The notes beneath the pieces were generated by a model that searched no databases, had not been told where the DNA came from, and saw only the letters and a list, made by a program, of their open reading frames with translations. 64,000 bases of DNA from Diplonema japonicum (Eukaryota > Protista > Euglenozoa: Diplonemea): the NCBI GenBank assembly GCA_964019335.1, contig OZ025693.1, forward strand, positions 372,001-436,000, read 5' to 3'. The position numbers were made by a program, and so were the translations under genes. Of the stretch, positions 56,721 to 64,000 are shown in pieces (the stretch's first letter is position 1; each line of letters begins with the position of its first letter).

Positions 56721-58459
56721 GAGAAAAACACAGTTCACGGTAAGCAAATAACTTTTTTCCACCAAGTACTGTAAGCAGAATTTTTACCTCTATTCACGGT
56801 AACTTGGAACTTTTTTTCCACCAAGTACGGTAATCATAACTTTTTTTTCCACCAAAACGGTTTTTTTTAATAAAGTTTCCACTGTCCACGGTAACCTAAT
56901 CTTATTTCACTAAACCATGTATGTTGGAACTTTTTTCCACCATCCACGGTAACCCACAACTTTTTTTCCACCAAGTATGGAAACCCAAAACTTTTTTCCC
57001 ACCATCCACGGTAACCCAGAACTTTTTTTACACTTTCCCATAAAACCTTTCTATTGTTCCCATTTTTAGTTTTCCGAAAATTTTGGATCTTTTTTTTGTA
57101 TTTTCGAGTATTTGCAACCTTTTTTTTTCATTTCAAGATGGGCAAGGTAAGAATACCTGCAGAAAGGCCCCGAAAAGGTCCTCAAGAAGGAGTCCAAGGA
57201 CTGCCACATCGTGCTGTGTGCACCTTGGGGGGGACGTGCAGGCCCAACCGGGGTTCAGAACCAATGGGAAGAACCTTTTCTGGAAGCTTGCGAAAGCATT
57301 TCGCAAGATAACTTCAAGAAAGCCAGAGACGAGGTATTTTAACTTTTGCCCGTTTGAAACAAAAGAAAGGTTGAGAACACTCAAATGGGCAAAGCCGTGC
57401 TCAAGTACTTATTGGCTGAGCCCTTGGAGCACTGGGCATTATCACATGTTCCAGTCTGCACCTTCGGGGACTGCCAGTCTGCACCTTCGGGGGGACTGTT
57501 CGACGAATTTTGTCGAGAGCCACAACAAGGTATCAAATTTCGTACCTTACTTTCCCAGGTTCTGCGTGAGGCACGTGGCCTAAACATCCTTTCTTGTATA
57601 GTCCGCCTCAGGGACGCGAAAATGATCACCTCCACGCGAGATCGAATACCCGACTCTGCCACTGGGCTTTGCCCCCAAATTGCCGAGAAGGTAGGGAAGG
57701 CGTACAACCGCTCCAAGTTGTGGTGCGCCCACGACGTCAGCGACCTGGAAGAGGCTGTTTTTGACGTAAGGGAAATAAATTCCACTAAGTACGCAGAATG
57801 GGCACATGGGAGAATTGGGTGCACTTGCTGTGAGCTGCAGGTGTTGGGTATACCTTGTGTCCACATCTGCGCTGTGGCCCGAAAGGTTTCAAAAGACACG
57901 TCAGACCTGAGAGTACCTCAAGGTCTCTGCATGGCGTCTGATGTACTTCTCCACCCCTCGCCCCCCTTCGTGACAAAGTCACAAATAGGCAGGCCGGCGA
58001 AGAGGAAGCGGAGTGAGGGGGAGGGGAAGAATATGTGCAGCAACTGCAGAAAGATTGGGCACAATGCTGCAACCTTCAGGAACCCCCATTTCTCAACTGG
58101 TGGGGTTCAGTCCCAGTTACTCCTCGAAGTTCTTTCCCAGTTGAAGACCCAGCCTTCAGGGTAGTCCCCCCCCTTCCCCCTCCCCTCCCGCCTGGGGTCT
58201 TTTTCCTTTAATTTTGCCATGCCATCATTATTTTTGCACCTCATACTACATTTTATGATAAACCCTAATCAGGCATAAAAATGATACAGGTTACCGTGTT
58301 TGGTGGAAAAAAAATCTGAAGTTGCATAAGGGAAAAACTTGATGATTACAGTAACGGTGGAAAAAAAGTTGTGGTTACCGTACTTGGTGGAAAAAAAAAT
58401 TTAGGTTTAAGGAAACGGTGGAAAAAAGTTATTTGCTTACCGTGAACGGTGTTTTTCCC
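56721..58459 (+). mobile_element. Mutator-like (MULE) element with foldback-type ends, internally deleted
   Basis: 43 bp TIR G(A/G)GAAAAACAC(A/C)GTTCACGGTAAGCAAATAACTTTTTTCCACC, subterminal arrays of CACGGTAAC..TTTTTCCACCA, SWIM finger CTC..LGIPCVH and knuckle CSNCRKIGHN. Confidence 0.88.
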
Positions 58460-58596
58460 AAGAAAAAAAAAGAAAAAAAACGACTTATGAAACAAAAACA
58501 AACAAAAAAAGGAGCAAGACAGTAAATTAAAAAAAAAAAAAGAAAAAGACGTGTAAGGGTAAAGAAAAAAAAGGGAAGAGGGGGGAGAGAAATCCT

Positions 58597-59679
58597 TCAA
58601 ACAGGGAGGTTATTCAGCATCTTATTGATGCGTTTGAACGAAGGGCGCAGCGTGGGGTCGGGGTGCCAACACTTTTTAATAAGGGACGCGGTGAAAGGAT
58701 GCACGTAGTCGGGGAGGGGCGGGCGGTGTCCAGCGATGATCTCCCGCCGCAGTCCTTCGGTGAATGTGATGGGCTCCTCCTGGTTAGACGTTGACCAAGG
58801 CAAGTGCAGCGTTGCCAATTCGTACAGAATCATCGCGAAGGCATAAACATCGACCTTTGTCGTGTACCTCCCTGTTTGATCCCAGATCTCGGGGGCCATC
58901 CAGTCGAAGGTGCCGACCCCTACAGTGTGCGACTCGCAAGCAGTGTTGCGAGCCTCCATTCCGCCCCATAGTTCCCACCACTCAAACTCACTTTCCCCTT
59001 TGTCCGCAATGAGCTTCCCACTACCGAAATCTATTATCTTGACCACGTACCCTGCGCGTTCGTCCACAATCACATTCATGCTTTTCAGGTCACGATGCAT
59101 GACGCCCTGGTTGTGCAGGTGCAGGACACCGGTGGCGATTTCTTTCGCTATTCTCCACTGGGTTTCTTCGGCCAACAGGTTGTCTTGTCGTTGGCACAGG
59201 CAGTGCAGAGGTTCCCCCTCCGCGTAGGTGTACAACACAGCAAGCGTTTTGGGAAAGTTTATGAAGACCCCCACGAGGTCCACTATGTTGTCATGCCCCT
59301 TGGCCCGTTCCAAGCACTTCACCTCCGAGACGAAGGGGGCGGGGGTCTTGAACTGTGCCAGTTTCAACGTCACCTGTTCCCCTTTGTAAAAACACTTATA
59401 TGTCGGAGCGTGCATCCCAGTTCCTAATGTCACCATTCCGTTCAAATCCAAAATAGGGTGGGTGTTGTTCTTTGGCCGTTTCGCAGGATGTCTGCCAGCA
59501 TGGATCTCGTTCAAATCTATCTCGAGGTGCTTCAGACCCTCTTTCGCCTCCTCGTACAGGATTCTAGACCGGATTCTGTTGTTCTTTCTCTGAAACAGGA
59601 GCGCTGCAAGCATCCCGAAGGCAGCGATGCCCTCCACCACAGGGGGGTACGCGGAGTCGGGGGGGTGCTCCCAGTCCAT
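58597..59679 (-). CDS. TKL-like Ser/Thr protein kinase with N-terminal hydrophobic segment
   Basis: Motifs HRDLKSMN, DFG, GTFDWMAPE, DVYAFAMILYEL, RPPLP..CWHPDPTLRPSF. Confidence 0.9.
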   Translation of the reverse strand: MDWEHPPDSAYPPVVEGIAAFGMLAALLFQRKNNRIRSRILYEEAKEGLKHLEIDLNEIHAGRHPAKRPKNNTHPILDLNGMVTLGTGMHAPTYKCFYKGEQVTLKLAQFKTPAPFVSEVKCLERAKGHDNIVDLVGVFINFPKTLAVLYTYAEGEPLHCLCQRQDNLLAEETQWRIAKEIATGVLHLHNQGVMHRDLKSMNVIVDERAGYVVKIIDFGSGKLIADKGESEFEWWELWGGMEARNTACESHTVGVGTFDWMAPEIWDQTGRYTTKVDVYAFAMILYELATLHLPWSTSNQEEPITFTEGLRREIIAGHRPPLPDYVHPFTASLIKKCWHPDPTLRPSFKRINKMLNNLPV

Positions 59680-59800
59680 TATCTTTTGCCTTATCACCCC
59701 TTACCACACCCCCTCGCTGTGAGATGGTCGGAAACACAAGGTGGGGGGGGGGGGGGGGGTGGAAGAAGAAAGAAGAAGGGAACGTTCTTTGGGGGGGGTA

Positions 59801-60441
59801 TTATTCAGTGTGGGATCCCCAGCTTGGGTCTTCGTAGTCGTCTTCGTCGTACTCATCCTCTTCTGCTGGCATCGGGATGTTGATGCCTTGTTCTCGAAGC
59901 TTGCTGTGTTATTTATTTATTTGTTCTTGTTGTTGTTGTAAGTACCGAATGGTCTCCGGCTGCAGGGCAGAGGCATCTGTTTTCTTCTGCAGCGTTACCA
60001 CGCTGAGCAACCATTGGTTCATAGTAGATCGAAGCTGTGATAATTTTTTTTTTCCCCCTTTATTGTTACCCATACCTTCTCTTGCGCGGCGCGTTCGGTC
60101 GGGGTTTTCTTCTGTTTCAATATCCATTCCGAGACCTTTCTCAGATTCCTCCTCATCTCGTTCATGTTGCTGCCGTAAAGGGCGGCGTCCACGACGTCAG
60201 CCATGCTCTGGTCCACTTTGTTCATCACATCGGTGCCTGCCTCGGATACGAACTCCTCTATCTGGTCCACGAGGAAGGCGCATCGGGCGATGGGTTTGAA
60301 CTTCTTCTTTGCTTGCATATCCCGGGCGATCATTCTGCAGGTCTTCTCTGCGTGTTCCACCACAACATCTACTAGGTAGGTGTACTTCTGATCTCCTACA
60401 CACACGCCTGCCAACAGCAAGAGCAGAATTGCTGTTTTCAT
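59801..60441 (-). CDS. Secreted/ER protein with signal peptide and acidic tail (spliced)
   Basis: Signal peptide MKTAILLLLLAGVCVG. Introns 60035-60075 and 59904-59945 give an open frame ending ..EEDEYDEDDYEDPSWGSHTE*. Confidence 0.7.
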
Positions 60442-60536
60442 ATTATTTTCTCTCTCTTTTTAGTTCCTTTTCGGGAGGCATTAAGAGTTTTTTTGCAGTT
60501 TCTTTTTTTTTTTTTTTTTTTTTTTTTTTTGTTAAG

Positions 60537-60887
60537 TTCTCGCCGCAACAATGCGAGAGGTATGGATGACGTGTCTCGGATCCGTCCTCTGCGTTTGTTG
60601 TGCTTATTGCAGCAAATCCTGAGATGAGTACGGCCAAAACTCACTATGACAGGAAAGGAAGTGGTTAGCAACGGCCCACCTTTTGCACCAGGTTGTGCTT
60701 AACTTCCCAAGTCAGGCGGGATCGGGTGCATTTAAACGGTTTCAGTATTTTGTTGACACTTTTTCTTTTGCCCTAGACAAGGGTGCACAAAAAATATATC
60801 TTTATCCCCACACTCTTCTTGCCGCAACAATGCGAGAGGTATGGATGACGTGTCTCGGATCCGTCCTCTGCGTTTGTTGTGCTTATT

Positions 60888-60920
<33 letters not shown>

Positions 60921-61198
60921 GGGTCGCAGGGTACAAATCTTGGGATAAGTACTGCATGCTGTCATTACAGGGGGTTCAGTATGACAGGAAAGGAAGTGAT
61001 TAGCAACGGCCCACTTTTGTACAGGCGGGATCGGGTGCATTTAAAACTGTTTCGGCATTTCGTTGGCACTTTTTTTCTTTTTTTTGCCTTAGACAAGGGT
61101 GCACAAAAAATATCTCTTTATCCCACACTCTTCTCGCCGCAACAATGCGAGAGGTATGGATGACGTGTCTCGGATCCGTCCTCTGCGTTTGTTGTGCT
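60537..61198. repeat. Degenerate ~300 bp tandem repeat containing a 75 bp hairpin (x3), a 5S-like segment (x2) and a LINE-tail-like segment (x2)
   Basis: Hairpin unit at 60537, 60816 and 61131. CAGGCGGGATCGGGTGCATTT at 60713 and 61022. Confidence 0.85.
60696..60733 (-). pseudogene. 5S rRNA-like fragment (about nt 20-58, including box A)
   Basis: AAATGCACCCGATCCCGCCTGACTTGGGAAGTTAAGCA resembles the conserved eukaryotic 5S segment. The rest of 5S is absent. Confidence 0.6.
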
Positions 61199-61548
61199 GT
61201 GTACACCTTTCTTGCAACCGACCGGAGGAGGCAAACAGAAGGAGGAACAAAAAAAGAGAAAATGAGAGAAGAATAATATTTTTTTTTTTCCGACTCAAAA
61301 AAAAAAAAAAAAAAAAAAAGAAACCGAAAAGGGTAATGGGCGAGCAGTAATGTTGAGGGTGTGGAGGAGGGGAGGGCAAAGGTCCCTTGCGAACACTGGA
61401 CAATGGTTCATGTCCTGCAGGGCACCAGCTTAACAAGGTAATGGAAAGACAAATGGTGAGGGTGCAGATAGGCATATAGTGTTTATTGTACAGAACGTCT
61501 CCTTTCTCTCTCTCACTCCGCCACTCTCTGTGTTCCTTCCCACCCCCC

Positions 61549-64000
<2,452 letters not shown>

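Noticed and set aside
56735-57030. Regularly spaced repeats resembling a CRISPR array
   Set aside because: Degenerate units without unique spacers, mirrored at 58289-58459. They are MULE subterminal repeats in a eukaryote.
59801-59815. C-terminal HTE* resembling the ER-retention signal HTEL
   Set aside because: The final Leu is absent in this sequence, so it cannot be claimed.

Overview
Eukaryotic (protist) genomic DNA. Every recognisable host gene (about 20) lies on the minus strand in a tightly packed directional cluster, with short GT-AG introns and homopolymer-rich spacers. This suggests a euglenozoan, probably diplonemid-like (inference). Left block (1-19 kb): coiled-coil membrane protein, four-domain voltage-gated Ca/Na-type channel, Tudor/SPRY-like CaaX protein, CFAP97-family protein, FPGT, PLAC8 protein, SMP-C2 protein. 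Centre (about 19.2-44.6 kb): a dense island of nested mobile DNA (piggyBac, pogo, Sola-like, several MITEs, an unclassified hairpin-ended family, LINE-like relics, a SINE-like family) containing one intact intronless carboxylesterase with a PTS1 signal. Right block (44.6-64 kb): RRM-like protein, SDA1, WD40/solenoid protein, Zn-hydrolase-like protein, MORN5, degenerate XRN, a MULE relic, a TKL-like kinase, a secreted protein and a DENN-PDZ-polyQ protein. Best leads: (i) a 5S-rRNA-like head joined to the 3' tail of a LINE-like family whose copies end in oligo(T), a candidate SINE3/LINE pair; (ii) a Mind-bomb-type SH3 repeat inside the channel I-II linker, visible only after splicing, with a D-E-D-E filter; (iii) 36-60 nt introns mostly lacking a polypyrimidine tract; (iv) a ~40 bp cassette upstream of genes bordering the island; (v) a pogo transposase with a histone-H1-like tail. 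All protein calls are by motif recognition; no searches were run.
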